Of a stretch of DNA of 46,745 nucleotides, positions 35,739 through 45,666 are shown piece by piece. Within the stretch, counting starts at the first letter, position 1. The number at the start of each line of letters is the position of its first letter. Origin of the DNA: a bacterium (GTDB lineage Bacteria; BMS3Abin14). The DNA is taken from NCBI GenBank assembly GCA_041559575.1, contig JBFFDD010000001.1:1-46745 (forward strand). Reading direction: 5' to 3'. Position numbers and translations under genes: made by a program. Under the pieces are notes generated by a model that did not search any database, was not told where the DNA came from, and worked only from the letters and a program-made list of their open reading frames with translations.

Positions 35739-36426
35739 CGGAACTTCGGATTCAGTCCTGGTGACCGAGGGACTTCACAAACGGTTTACGAAGGGCGGTC
35801 GGGTTATCAATGTCCTCTCGGGGGCTGAGATCGAGCTCCGCCCCACGGAGATCGTTGGGATCCTGGGAGCGTCAGGGGCTGGAAAGAGTACGTTTCTTCA
35901 CATCGTGGGCGGGTTGGATGAACCGACCACGGGAAGGGTCCTGCACGGCGGAAGGGACATCTTTGATCTCTCGGAGACGGATCTGGCCACCTTCCGGAAT
36001 ACAAGAATCGGGTTCGTTTTCCAGATGCACTATCTGTTGGCCGAGTTTACCTGTCTGGAGAACGTCATGATGCCCGGGATCATCGCCGGTCAGGAGCGGG
36101 AAAGCCTGGTTAAAAGGTCCCAGGACCTGCTGGGCAGGGTGGGGCTGGGGGAGCGGATGGATCACCGTCCGGGAGAACTTTCAGGCGGGGAACAACAGAG
36201 AGCGGCGGTGGCCAGGGCCCTGGTGAACAATCCAGCCCTCGTCCTGGCTGATGAGCCCACCGGCAACCTGGACGCCGGAACCGCAGGTTCGGTCCAGGAC
36301 CTGTTCCTCGAGCTCAACCGTGATCTGGGAACCACCTTCCTCATCGTTACCCACAATCGGGACATGGCCGCTAAATTTCACCGCCGCTTTGAACTGAAAA
36401 ACGGTGTTCTTAATCCGGAGGCCTGA
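35731..36426 (+). CDS. lolD: Lipoprotein-releasing ABC transporter ATP-binding protein
   Basis: Walker A GASGAGKST, signature LSGGEQQR, Walker B LVLADEPTGNLD. Confidence 0.9.
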   Translation: MNNGTSDSVLVTEGLHKRFTKGGRVINVLSGAEIELRPTEIVGILGASGAGKSTFLHIVGGLDEPTTGRVLHGGRDIFDLSETDLATFRNTRIGFVFQMHYLLAEFTCLENVMMPGIIAGQERESLVKRSQDLLGRVGLGERMDHRPGELSGGEQQRAAVARALVNNPALVLADEPTGNLDAGTAGSVQDLFLELNRDLGTTFLIVTHNRDMAAKFHRRFELKNGVLNPEA

Positions 36427-36432
36427 CGAAAA

Positions 36433-38694
36433 GTGGCACCAGCAAGACACCTTTTATCTCTTGTTTCATTGGCGGGCTTTCTTCTATTGGTGACGCTCGT
36501 CGTTCCGGGCTGGAGCGCGTCCACCGTTGCTGCTATTGAGGTGGAGGGGAATGTCAGGGTCGACAGGAGCAGTATTGAAAATGTTCTGGCCTGGCGGGTG
36601 GGTGACCCCTGGAACCCGGCTCTGATAACCAGAAGCGTTAAAGATGTGTTTGCCTTGAACACCTTCAGCCGGGTCAGCATTGAAGAAGAGGTCACCGACA
36701 AGGGAATCGTGGTTCACGTATCGGTCAAAGAACTTCCCATGATCCTGGGTGTTTCCATCTCCGGAAATAAGGCCCTTGACGAATCGACCCTGAAGAGGGC
36801 CCAGGGCTTCAGGAGCTTTGGTTTCTTCGATCCCGTCAACCTGAAAAAGGAGAAGGAAGCCATAACCAGCGCATACCGGGCAGAGGGATATTACGATACC
36901 AAAGTTGACGCCCGGGTCGAAGAGGAGGAGCGGGGGGTCAGGATCGTTTTTGCCGTCCGGGAGTCCGATAAAACGCACATCACCGAGTTGGATATCAGGG
37001 GCAACCGCGCCCTGGGAGACATGGAGATCAAGAAGGTGATGCAGGTGAAGGAGGTCGGACCACTCCGCTGGTTATCCGGGTCGGGTGTCCTGAACCAGGA
37101 TCTCATGAAAGATGACCTGAAACGGATACAGCTTCTATACATGGAGAGGGGTTATCTGGACGCTGCGATCAGTGACCCCGAGGTCCTGGTCCATCCGGAG
37201 GGCGAGGGGCTCTACGTGGCCGTGACAGTGGACGAGGGGATTCAATACAGAATTGGAGATATCCGGTTCGGTGGTGACTGGGACGGTTTTCCCGATTTCA
37301 TCAGAGAGGACGTGCGGCAGAGGACCGGTGACGTTTTTAAACGGGGTGCCCTCATGAATGATATCAGGATGCTCGAGAACTCCCATCGGGATCAGGGGTA
37401 TGCCTGGGCCGAGATCGATCCCAGGATGTTGAAGAGTCCGGAAGAAGAGAAGGCGAATTTCACCCTCCTGCTCAACAGAGGCCCCCTGGTGCGGATACGC
37501 CGGGTCGAGATTTCAGGAAATGTCAAGACGAGGGACTACGTAATCCGCAGGGAGATACGCATCCTGGAGGGGGACCTTTTCAGCCAGAAGAAGGTGGACG
37601 ATTCCCGCCGATTTGTCCGTTCCCTGGGTTTCTTTGATAAGGTCTCCATTGACGTGCGCAGGATAGAGGATGATCTGGCGGATCTCATTGTTTCTGTGGA
37701 GGAAGGGAGCAGCGGTACCCTGACCGCCGGTGCCGCCTATTCGTCCATCGATGGATTAGTCGGCACGTTTTCCCTGGCCCAGAGCAATATGTTCGGCCGA
37801 GGTCAGCGGGTTAAGATTGACACGGAATTTGGCGGCGAGAAAAGCAGTTACAATCTCAGCTTTACCGAGCCGAGGGTTCTGTCGGGCAATTACTCCCTGA
37901 GGCTGGATGCTTTCGATACCAGCAGGGAATATTCCAATTACGACGAGGACAGCGTCGGCGGCGGCTTGAGGGTCGGATACAGATTCTCCGATTTCTCGAG
38001 CCTGTCCCTGAGCTACCGTTACGCGGACTACAATATCTTCAACATCGAGGACACCGCATCCAATCTGATCAAGAGCCAGGAGGGGGAAAACACCACATCG
38101 TCTGTAACCCTGAGCTATCGATACGACTCCAGGGACTATCCACTGGACCCCCGGGAGGGATACCTGATAAGGATGTCCTCGGAAGTCGCCGGTGGGTCTC
38201 TGGGCGGAACCAATGACTTTATCCGCAACATCGTCGAGATTGGCTATTTTTATCCCCTGTACAAGGACCTTATAGGATCGGCCCACCTGGAGATAGGGTC
38301 GGTGAACGCTTACAATGGGAAGAACGTTCCGGTTTCTGAAAGGTTCTTTATGGGAGGGCTTTATTCCCTGAGGGGGTTCGAATACAGGGAAGTCGGGCCC
38401 GTCGACGAGGACGGAGAGCCGCTTGGTGGGGAGCGCTCTTTCCTGGTCAACCTTGAGGCTGCGTTTCCCCTCGTACGGCAGGCCAGGATCAAAGGGGTTG
38501 TCTTCGCCGATTTCGGAAACGTATGGGACGGGGATGAACAGATCGATCCCGGGGATCTGCGCTACGGAGCGGGATTCGGTTTCAGGTGGTATTCGCCGAT
38601 GGGGTTGTTGAGGCTGGAATGGGGTTTCAACCTGGATCCCGAACCGGGTGAGGAGCAGCCGGGATGGGAGTTTTCCATCGGGGCGTTGTTTTAA
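36433..38694 (+). CDS. bamA: Outer membrane protein assembly factor BamA
   Basis: Signal peptide, POTRA repeats (IEVEGN, ISISGN, LDIRGN, VEISGN), and a beta-barrel ending ..FSIGALF. GTG start. Confidence 0.93.
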   Translation: MAPARHLLSLVSLAGFLLLVTLVVPGWSASTVAAIEVEGNVRVDRSSIENVLAWRVGDPWNPALITRSVKDVFALNTFSRVSIEEEVTDKGIVVHVSVKELPMILGVSISGNKALDESTLKRAQGFRSFGFFDPVNLKKEKEAITSAYRAEGYYDTKVDARVEEEERGVRIVFAVRESDKTHITELDIRGNRALGDMEIKKVMQVKEVGPLRWLSGSGVLNQDLMKDDLKRIQLLYMERGYLDAAISDPEVLVHPEGEGLYVAVTVDEGIQYRIGDIRFGGDWDGFPDFIREDVRQRTGDVFKRGALMNDIRMLENSHRDQGYAWAEIDPRMLKSPEEEKANFTLLLNRGPLVRIRRVEISGNVKTRDYVIRREIRILEGDLFSQKKVDDSRRFVRSLGFFDKVSIDVRRIEDDLADLIVSVEEGSSGTLTAGAAYSSIDGLVGTFSLAQSNMFGRGQRVKIDTEFGGEKSSYNLSFTEPRVLSGNYSLRLDAFDTSREYSNYDEDSVGGGLRVGYRFSDFSSLSLSYRYADYNIFNIEDTASNLIKSQEGENTTSSVTLSYRYDSRDYPLDPREGYLIRMSSEVAGGSLGGTNDFIRNIVEIGYFYPLYKDLIGSAHLEIGSVNAYNGKNVPVSERFFMGGLYSLRGFEYREVGPVDEDGEPLGGERSFLVNLEAAFPLVRQARIKGVVFADFGNVWDGDEQIDPGDLRYGAGFGFRWYSPMGLLRLEWGFNLDPEPGEEQPGWEFSIGALF

Positions 38695-38702
38695 ATCCGC
38701 CA

Positions 38703-38768
38703 GAGTTTACAGTTTTCAGTTTGCAGTTTACAGTTCTTAAGCACTGGACCCTGGACACTAGACACTGA
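38703..38768. repeat. Two adjacent heptad arrays (CAGTTTN x5, then CACTGGA-like x4)
   Basis: First array: gagttta cagtttt cagtttg cagttta cagttct. Second array: cactgga ccctgga cactaga cactga. Confidence 0.85.
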
Positions 38769-38791
38769 TTTTCTGTCAGGAGGATATCGGG

Positions 38792-39334
38792 ATGATGAAA
38801 AGATTGCTATATTTCACTACTGCCCTGCTGGTTGCTCTCAGCATGGCCAGGCCGGAAAGTGTTGCAGCGGCGTCCATCGTGAAGATCGGCATCCTTGACC
38901 TTCAGAGCGCTCTGAACGCCACTTCTGAAGGGATGGCGGCCAAGGAGACCCTGAGGCGGAAACACCTCGCCAAGCAGGAGGAGATCGACGCCAAGCAGGC
39001 GGAGCTGGTTTCCATGGAGGAGAAGCTCAAAAGCCCCGTCCTCAGTGAGGACGCCCAGGCGGAACTGAAGCAGAAATTCCGGGAGATGCAAGGGGAACTC
39101 ATCGAGTTCGTGGGCAGGGCCAAGGAAGCGGAGGAGAAGGAGAATCAGGCCCTGTCGGGAAGGATCCTGGAAGGGCTGGTGGATATCGCCCGGGAGATCG
39201 GCCAGAAAGAGGGGTACACGGTCATTTTCGAGAAGAGCAGCAGTGGGGTTATCTTCGCCGAGGACACCCTCAGCCTGACCGAGAGGGTGGTCAAGATCTA
39301 CAATGAGCAGAATCAAGGGGGGAGTGGTAATTGA
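38792..39334 (+). CDS. skp: OmpH/Skp periplasmic chaperone
   Basis: AGGAGG ribosome-binding site, signal peptide and a helical Lys/Glu-rich body. Sits in the bamA-skp-lpxD context. Confidence 0.85.
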   Translation: MMKRLLYFTTALLVALSMARPESVAAASIVKIGILDLQSALNATSEGMAAKETLRRKHLAKQEEIDAKQAELVSMEEKLKSPVLSEDAQAELKQKFREMQGELIEFVGRAKEAEEKENQALSGRILEGLVDIAREIGQKEGYTVIFEKSSSGVIFAEDTLSLTERVVKIYNEQNQGGSGN

Positions 39335-40371
39335 GAAGATTCTCCCTGAAAGAACTGGCAGGACGGATCGACGCCGAATTGGTCGGGGACGGTTCGCTGG
39401 TCATCTCGGCGGTTCGTCCTCTTCAGGAGGCCGGTCCTGAGGATCTGACCTTTGTCGCCAATCCAAAATACACTGACCTGCTTGGTTCCAGCGAGGCCGG
39501 AGCCGTCATCGTCTCGAAAGGCACGGTATCGGAAGGCAAAAACCTTCTCCTCGTCGAGGATCCCTATCTGGCCTTTGCCAGGGCCATGGAGGTCTTCCAC
39601 GGCTGTGAGTATAAGGGCGCCGGAATCAGCCCTCAGGCTTATGTTCACGATGAGGCCAGAGTCGGGGCAGATCCATCGATTCAACCCTTCGCGGTTGTCA
39701 GCGAAGGGGCGGTTATCGGCGACCGGGTCACCCTCATGTCGGGTGTTCACGTAGGACCGGGTGCCCGGGTGGGTGACGATTCGACCATCCATCCCCATGT
39801 CGTTCTGGAGAGGGAAGTCGTTATAGGGCGCCGTGCCATTATCCACGCCGGCACAGTTATCGGCAGTGACGGTTACGGATTTGCCAGAGACGGCCATGAA
39901 CATAAAAAAATCCACCACGCGGGCACGGTGATCATCGGCGACGATGTGGAGATCGGAGCGAACTGCACCGTGGATCGGGCGGTCATGGGGGAGACCGTCA
40001 TCGGCGACGGATGCAAACTGGACAACCTCGTCATGATCGCGCACAACGTGAAGATCGGCAAAAACTGCCTTATCGTTGCCCAGGTGGGTATCTCCGGAAG
40101 CACGACCCTGGGGGACAGTGTCACCTTGGCCGGTCATGTGGGCATAGCTGGCCATCTGAAGTTAGGCGACAGGGCTGTGGCCCTGGCCAAATCCCTGGTT
40201 ACCAAAGACGTGCCGGCGTGTACTGTGGTCGCGGGGATCCCGGCCGCTGAAGCCAGTCACTGGAGACGGTCGACGGTATTGGTTAAAAACCTCGATTCCA
40301 TGAGATCAAGGATCACCGAGCTGGAAAAGGCTGTAAAGAGGCTGTCCGAGGGGGAAAAAGAGGAGATCTGA
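39331..40371 (+). CDS. lpxD: UDP-3-O-acylglucosamine N-acyltransferase
   Basis: FSLKELAGRIDAELVGDG.., left-handed beta-helix hexapeptide repeats, C-terminal helix. TTGA overlap with skp. Confidence 0.93.
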   Translation: MRRFSLKELAGRIDAELVGDGSLVISAVRPLQEAGPEDLTFVANPKYTDLLGSSEAGAVIVSKGTVSEGKNLLLVEDPYLAFARAMEVFHGCEYKGAGISPQAYVHDEARVGADPSIQPFAVVSEGAVIGDRVTLMSGVHVGPGARVGDDSTIHPHVVLEREVVIGRRAIIHAGTVIGSDGYGFARDGHEHKKIHHAGTVIIGDDVEIGANCTVDRAVMGETVIGDGCKLDNLVMIAHNVKIGKNCLIVAQVGISGSTTLGDSVTLAGHVGIAGHLKLGDRAVALAKSLVTKDVPACTVVAGIPAAEASHWRRSTVLVKNLDSMRSRITELEKAVKRLSEGEKEEI

Positions 40372-40373
40372 GT

Positions 40374-40850
40374 ATGGATATCAGTGGAATCATGAAAATC
40401 CTGCCCCACAGGTACCCCTTCCTCCTGGTGGATCGAATTGAGGAGGTTGTTCCGAACCAGAGGGCCGTAGGGATAAAAAACGTTACCATCAACGAGAATT
40501 TCTTTCTCGGTCACTTCCCCGGCCATCCGGTCATGCCCGGGGTACTGATCATCGAATTTATGGCCCAGGTGGCCGGGATCCTCTCCTTTGTTTCCGAATC
40601 GGAATCCACGGATCTCGACCTGGAAGGCAGGATCATCTACTTCATGTCCATCGACAAGGTCAAATTCCGAAAACCGGTGGTTCCAGGGGATCAGTTAAGG
40701 GGTGAGGTCAGGATCCTCAAATCGCGCCGCAAAATCGCCAGTTACGCCGGAAAGGCATATGTGGGGGATGATCTGGTCTGCGAGGCAGAGATGAAAGCCA
40801 TGCTCATCGACGCCGACCAGGCCGATGTTCCAACTGGAGAAAGCGACTGA
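40374..40850 (+). CDS. fabZ: 3-hydroxyacyl-ACP dehydratase FabZ
   Basis: ILPHRYPFLLVDRI..FFLGHFPGHPVMPGVL. Confidence 0.95.
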   Translation: MDISGIMKILPHRYPFLLVDRIEEVVPNQRAVGIKNVTINENFFLGHFPGHPVMPGVLIIEFMAQVAGILSFVSESESTDLDLEGRIIYFMSIDKVKFRKPVVPGDQLRGEVRILKSRRKIASYAGKAYVGDDLVCEAEMKAMLIDADQADVPTGESD

Positions 40851-40852
40851 TC

Positions 40853-41644
40853 ATGGGATCCGAGCGGGGCACAAATATCGATCCTCGGGCGGTGGTCCAC
40901 CAGGGGGCTCAGATCGATCAGGGTGCTCGAGTCGGTCCTTTCTCAGTGATAGGGCCTCATGTGAAGATCGGTTCCGGGACGGTGGTGGACTCCCACGTGT
41001 TCATCGACGGCAGGACAACCATTGGCAGGGAAAACCGGATCTTTCCCTTCGCGTCGGTTGGGGCCCAGCCCCAGGATCTCAAATACAATGGTGAGGAGAG
41101 TGAAGTTGTCATTGGCGACCGTAATCAGATCCGGGAATGCGCCACCATCCACCGGGGAACGGAAGGTGGAGGAATGATCACTCGGGTGGGGAATGGCAAC
41201 CTGTTCATGGCCTATACCCATGTGGCCCATGACTGTGTCATCGGAAACGATGTCGTGATGGCCAACGCCGCCACCCTTGGAGGTCACGTGACCATCAGCG
41301 ACGGAGCTATCATCGGGGGGTTGGCCGGGATCCATCAATTCTGCCGTATCGGATCTCTGGCAATGATCGCCGGCGGCGCGGTTGTGGTTATGGATGTTCC
41401 GCCCTTTACCCAGGCGCAGGGTGACCGGGCCAGGTTGTTTGGCCTGAATCTCATCGGACTTAAAAGGAAAGGAATCTCCCCGAAGAGCATCGACGCATTG
41501 AAATTAACCTACAAGATCATTTTCCGGCTGGACCTCAAGCTGGAGGATGCCCTGGTGAAGGTTGAACAGGAAGTTGTCGCCTGTCAGGAAGTCCGGGAAA
41601 TGATCGATTTCATACAGACCTCGGAAAGGGGCATCACCCGGTGA
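40853..41644 (+). CDS. lpxA: Acyl-ACP--UDP-N-acetylglucosamine O-acyltransferase
   Basis: Hexapeptide repeats, PQDLKYNGE, THVAHDCVIGN, RLFGLNLIGLKR, C-terminal SERGITR. Confidence 0.93.
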   Translation: MGSERGTNIDPRAVVHQGAQIDQGARVGPFSVIGPHVKIGSGTVVDSHVFIDGRTTIGRENRIFPFASVGAQPQDLKYNGEESEVVIGDRNQIRECATIHRGTEGGGMITRVGNGNLFMAYTHVAHDCVIGNDVVMANAATLGGHVTISDGAIIGGLAGIHQFCRIGSLAMIAGGAVVVMDVPPFTQAQGDRARLFGLNLIGLKRKGISPKSIDALKLTYKIIFRLDLKLEDALVKVEQEVVACQEVREMIDFIQTSERGITR

Positions 41645-42507
41645 CCGTCCCTTCAGAGAAGATCGGCCTCCTGGCCGGCCTCAGCGACCTGCCCCTCGAG
41701 GTCGTCCGAGCGGTGGAGAGGGCAGGGACACCCCTCTTCGTGGCTGCGTTCAAGGGCGCCGCCGACCCGGCCATTGAGGTGACGGGGCGGGATGTCAAGT
41801 GGTTCAGTATAGGACGCCTGCAGGCCCTTCTCGACGGACTCAGGGCGTCCGGTGCCAGGGATCTCGTCCTGGCAGGAAAGCTCCCCCATGAAGTCCTCTT
41901 CTCCAGCGGTGATTTCGATGACCGACTGGTAGACTTTCTCAATTCCCTCCCCGACAGGCGGGGATCCTCCATCCTGGGAGGTTTCGTCGATCTGCTGATC
42001 TCGGAAGGGTTCCGTGTAAGGCAGCTCATCGAAACGGTTCCCGAGTTGGTACCCGAAGCGGGGCACCTGGCAGGACCACTTCCCACGGAGGCCCAGATGG
42101 AGGATGCCAGATTCGGTTGGCGGATCGCCAAGACCATAGCAGGTTTGGACATTGGACAGACCGTGGTCGTGAAGGACCTCGCGGTGGTCTCCGTGGAGGG
42201 CATGGAGGGCACCGATGAAACGGTCACCAGGGCGGGATCCATAACCGGAGGTCAGAACATCGTGGTTAAGGTCTCCAGCCCGAACCATGATTTCCGTTTC
42301 GACGTCCCAACCGTTGGGCCCGGCACGGTTTCGTCCCTGTCAGCTTCCGGGGGAGGTGTACTGGCCGTGGAGGCTGGGCGATGCTTTCTCATGGGAGGGG
42401 ATAACCTGTTCAGGGAGTGTGCGGAAAAGGCTGTCTCACTGGTTGCCCTGGACGAAACCGATATCAGCCAGGGGCAGCGTCCAGTTGGTGATGATACCCG
42501 AGCATAA
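41641..42507 (+). CDS. lpxI: UDP-2,3-diacylglucosamine diphosphatase LpxI (DUF1009)
   Basis: IGLLAGLSDLPLEV.., DIGQTVVVKD..VSVEGMEGTDETV. GTGA overlap with lpxA. Confidence 0.85.
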   Translation: MTVPSEKIGLLAGLSDLPLEVVRAVERAGTPLFVAAFKGAADPAIEVTGRDVKWFSIGRLQALLDGLRASGARDLVLAGKLPHEVLFSSGDFDDRLVDFLNSLPDRRGSSILGGFVDLLISEGFRVRQLIETVPELVPEAGHLAGPLPTEAQMEDARFGWRIAKTIAGLDIGQTVVVKDLAVVSVEGMEGTDETVTRAGSITGGQNIVVKVSSPNHDFRFDVPTVGPGTVSSLSASGGGVLAVEAGRCFLMGGDNLFRECAEKAVSLVALDETDISQGQRPVGDDTRA

Positions 42508-43282
42508 AACAGTCATCCACCCCGATGCGGTGGTCCATCCAGGCGCTGAGCTGGATGAAGGGGTGTCCATCGGAACCTGCAGTGTGATCGGCCCCCAGGT
42601 GAGGATCGGTTCAGGAAGCCGTATTGGCCCCAATGTCGTCATCACCGGGAAGACCACTCTTGGCCGGGGTAACAGCGTTCTGCCCTTTGCCGCGCTGGGA
42701 GGCGATCCTCAGGACCTGAAGTACAGGGATGAGGATACAGAAGTTATCATCGGCGACGATAATGTCTTCGGGGAGTGCACGACTGTCCACCGGGGGACGG
42801 TGACCGGGAGGGGCGTCACCACCATCGGCAGCCGGAACATCTTTATGCCCTGTTCCCATGTGGCCCACGACAGCATCGTCGGGAATGGGACGAAGTATGA
42901 GAGCGGGGCAAATCCCGGCGGTCATGTGGATGTGGGGGATGGCGCCCACATGGGCAGTTTCTGTGCCGTGCACCCTTTCTGTCGCATCGGGGAGTGGGCG
43001 TCGGTGGACCGGGGATGCATCGTCGTCAAGGATGTTCCGCCGTTCAGTGTTGTCAGGGGGGACCGGGCCCAACTTGTCGGACTTAATGAACACGGTTTGA
43101 AAAATGCCGGTTTTGAGGAGGAGGTTATCTCCCGTCTGCAGGACGCCTTTGATAAACTCTTCCGGTCAGGTCTCCGGTTTGACGAGGCGTTGGGGAGGAT
43201 CGAGGCCGGCGGCGATCCTATCCCTGAAATCGAGCGTTTGATGGATTTTCTCGGATCCTCGAAGAGGGGGTTCACAAGGTAA
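42491..43282 (+). CDS. Second LpxA-family acyltransferase paralog
   Basis: Collinear with lpxA: PQDLKYRDE, SHVAHDSIVGN, QLVGLNEHGLKN, C-terminal SKRGFTR. One helix turn is irregular (NGTKYESGANPGG). The ORF-track extension to 42287 lies inside lpxI. Confidence 0.8.
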   Translation: MIPEHKTVIHPDAVVHPGAELDEGVSIGTCSVIGPQVRIGSGSRIGPNVVITGKTTLGRGNSVLPFAALGGDPQDLKYRDEDTEVIIGDDNVFGECTTVHRGTVTGRGVTTIGSRNIFMPCSHVAHDSIVGNGTKYESGANPGGHVDVGDGAHMGSFCAVHPFCRIGEWASVDRGCIVVKDVPPFSVVRGDRAQLVGLNEHGLKNAGFEEEVISRLQDAFDKLFRSGLRFDEALGRIEAGGDPIPEIERLMDFLGSSKRGFTR

Positions 43283-43313
43283 GAGAATTTTGAGTTACAG
43301 TTTAAAAAGAAAA

Positions 43314-43410
43314 TTAGAGCATTAGAAATTGGAGCATTAGCAATTAATTCAAGATTACCCATCCCACATAGCAGACTCTAATCTCCAATCTCTATTCTCC
43401 ATTTTCTATT
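43314..43410. repeat. Complementary heptad arms (ATTAGAG/ATTGGAG and CTCTAAT/CTCCAAT)
   Basis: Left arm: attagagc attagaa attggagc attagca. Right arm: ctctaat ctccaat ctctatt ctccatt ttctatt. The right arm overlaps the lpxB stop codon. Confidence 0.85.
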
Positions 43411-44560
43411 TTTTACTCATCTCCGACGCGATGCGTGCCACCCGCTCCGAGCACCCGGGTTGGCCCATCTTGTCCCTTACCCCGGCCAGGCCCTGCTTGA
43501 TGCGCTGTCGGTACTGATCATCCTCCAGAATGCGAAGGACCTCGCCGGCGATGTTTTCCGGCGTGGCTGCATCCTGTATGAACTCCCGGACCACCCCCTC
43601 GCCGGCAACGATGTTGGCCAGGCCGATGTGGGACAGCCTCACCAACCGGCGGGCGATGGCGTGACTGACCGGGGACATCCGGTAGAGAATGACCATGGGT
43701 GTCCCCATCAGGGCAGTCTGAAGTGTGGCTGTGCCGGCGGCGGTGATCACCGAATCGCAGGCGTTGGCCACATCGTAAATCCGCTGTGCGGTTAAAGTGA
43801 TGTGCAGGCCCGACCGCTTCACCTCCTCCTTCACTGTCTCCTCGGGGAGGAAGGGAGCAAGGGGCAGGAGGAATTTCGCCGAGGGGATCTTTGCGGCGAT
43901 GATGGAAGCAGCCTTAAGGATCGTGTCCAGGTGGTATTTGATCTCATGTTGTCGGCTCCCAGGGAACAGCCCCACGATGGGACCATCCGTTTCAAGGTTC
44001 AAATGGTCAAGGAGAGCCTCTCGTCCCATCCTGAGGAAGGCCTCATCCATCAAAGGGTTCCCCACGTAATCGACCTGAATGTCAAGTCCCCTGTAGAGTT
44101 CCGGCTCGAAGGGGAAGATGACCGCCAGGTGATCGATGGACGAGGCGATTCTTTTTACCCTGCCCCGCCGCCAGGCCCACACCTGAGGACTGACGAAGAA
44201 CAGGACCGGGATCCCTGCTTTTTTTGCATGTCTGGCCAGACGGAGGTTAAAATCAGGATAATCAATGAGAACCAGGACATCAGGAGGGTCGGCGCCGTAA
44301 AGGATGCGTTTCAGTTTTCTGAAAACGCGGAGAATGGAAGGGAAATGACCGAGGACCTCAGTGAACCCCGAGGCCATGAGTTCCTCATAGGGAACGACAA
44401 TCTCACAGCCGGCATTCTCCATGAGGGGGCCGCCCACACCGAAGAAAAAGAGGCCGGTGTCAACCTCTGATGCGGCGGTCACCAGATTGGAGCCGTGATG
44501 GTCACCGGATGCTTCCCCTGCGACGATGAGGGCACGGCGTTTTGGTTGAGCATTTCCCAT
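43406..44560 (-). CDS. lpxB: Lipid-A-disaccharide synthase
   Basis: ALIVAGEASGDHHG.., VDYPDFNL, and a GTATLQTALMGTPMVILYR-type motif. Confidence 0.93.
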   Translation of the reverse strand: MGNAQPKRRALIVAGEASGDHHGSNLVTAASEVDTGLFFFGVGGPLMENAGCEIVVPYEELMASGFTEVLGHFPSILRVFRKLKRILYGADPPDVLVLIDYPDFNLRLARHAKKAGIPVLFFVSPQVWAWRRGRVKRIASSIDHLAVIFPFEPELYRGLDIQVDYVGNPLMDEAFLRMGREALLDHLNLETDGPIVGLFPGSRQHEIKYHLDTILKAASIIAAKIPSAKFLLPLAPFLPEETVKEEVKRSGLHITLTAQRIYDVANACDSVITAAGTATLQTALMGTPMVILYRMSPVSHAIARRLVRLSHIGLANIVAGEGVVREFIQDAATPENIAGEVLRILEDDQYRQRIKQGLAGVRDKMGQPGCSERVARIASEMSKK

Positions 44561-44571
44561 CGATGATCCTG

Positions 44572-45666
44572 TTACAGCGCCCCTGTCAGGGTGGCGCAGA
44601 CCTCATCGATCTGGGCCTCCGAAAGCTCTGGAAAAATGGGCAGCGAGAGGACCTTTGCAGCTGTCTCCTCGGAGACCGGAAGGGTGAGTTCCCTCCATTC
44701 CTCCCTGTAAACCTCCTGCCGATGCAGGGGGATGGGGTAGTAGACAGCACTGGCAATGCCAGATTGCCCCAGGGCACGATGGAGGACGTCGCGCGAATCG
44801 CTCATGATGGTGTACTGATGGTAAACATGGGTTCCCTTTCCGTCCTCGAAGGGGGGCGTCAGTTCGGTGCCGGAGAGGGCTTCGGTATATCTGCTGGCGT
44901 TGGAATAACGGAGACGGTTATAGGTGTCGATATGTTTCAGTTTGGCACGGAGGATCACGGCCTGGACCTCATCCAGCCGGCTGTTGTAACCGATGATCGA
45001 ATGGTGATACTGAACCCGGCTGCCGTGGTTCCGGAGGACCCGGACCTCCTCGGCAACAGCGTCATCATCCGTGACCACCATGCCCCCATCGCCGTAACAG
45101 CCGAGGTTTTTGCTCGGGAAAAAGGAGAAACAGCCTGCGTCGCCCAAGGCCCCTGTTTTCGTCTGTCCGTAATCGGCCCCGAAGGATTGGGCGCAATCCT
45201 CGATGACCCTGAGGGAATGTTTTCGGGCCAGATCGGTGATGGACTCCATGTCAGCCGGCTGTCCGAACAGGTGCACAGGGATTATGGCTCTTGTCCGATC
45301 GGTTATGGCTTCTTCGATGAGGTCGGGATCGACATTGAACGTCCTCGGGTCGATATCCACGAAGACGGGTTTGGCCCCTATGTATGAGATGGCCTCCGCC
45401 GTGGCGATAAATGTGAAGGGAGACGTGATCACCTCATCACCGGGGCGGATCCCGCAGGCCCGGAGAGCCAGGTGAAGCGCGTCCGTTCCTGAAGCGACAC
45501 CGACAGCGTTCCGGACGCCGCAGTAGGCGGCCACCTCCTCTTCGAGGGATTGGACGTTCGGGCCGAGGATGAACCGGGTCGAGTCCAGGACCTGACGGAT
45601 GCCCTCCTCGATCTCGTCCTTTAACCCCTGATACTGAATCTTCAGATCCACCATGGGGATTTTCAT
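44572..45666 (-). CDS. DegT/DnrJ/EryC1/StrS-family PLP aminotransferase (GnnB-like)
   Basis: IPMVDLKIQYQ.., GTDALHLAL, PSKNLGCYGDGG (PLP Lys). It lies 11 nt upstream of lpxB. Confidence 0.9.
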   Translation of the reverse strand: MKIPMVDLKIQYQGLKDEIEEGIRQVLDSTRFILGPNVQSLEEEVAAYCGVRNAVGVASGTDALHLALRACGIRPGDEVITSPFTFIATAEAISYIGAKPVFVDIDPRTFNVDPDLIEEAITDRTRAIIPVHLFGQPADMESITDLARKHSLRVIEDCAQSFGADYGQTKTGALGDAGCFSFFPSKNLGCYGDGGMVVTDDDAVAEEVRVLRNHGSRVQYHHSIIGYNSRLDEVQAVILRAKLKHIDTYNRLRYSNASRYTEALSGTELTPPFEDGKGTHVYHQYTIMSDSRDVLHRALGQSGIASAVYYPIPLHRQEVYREEWRELTLPVSEETAAKVLSLPIFPELSEAQIDEVCATLTGAL

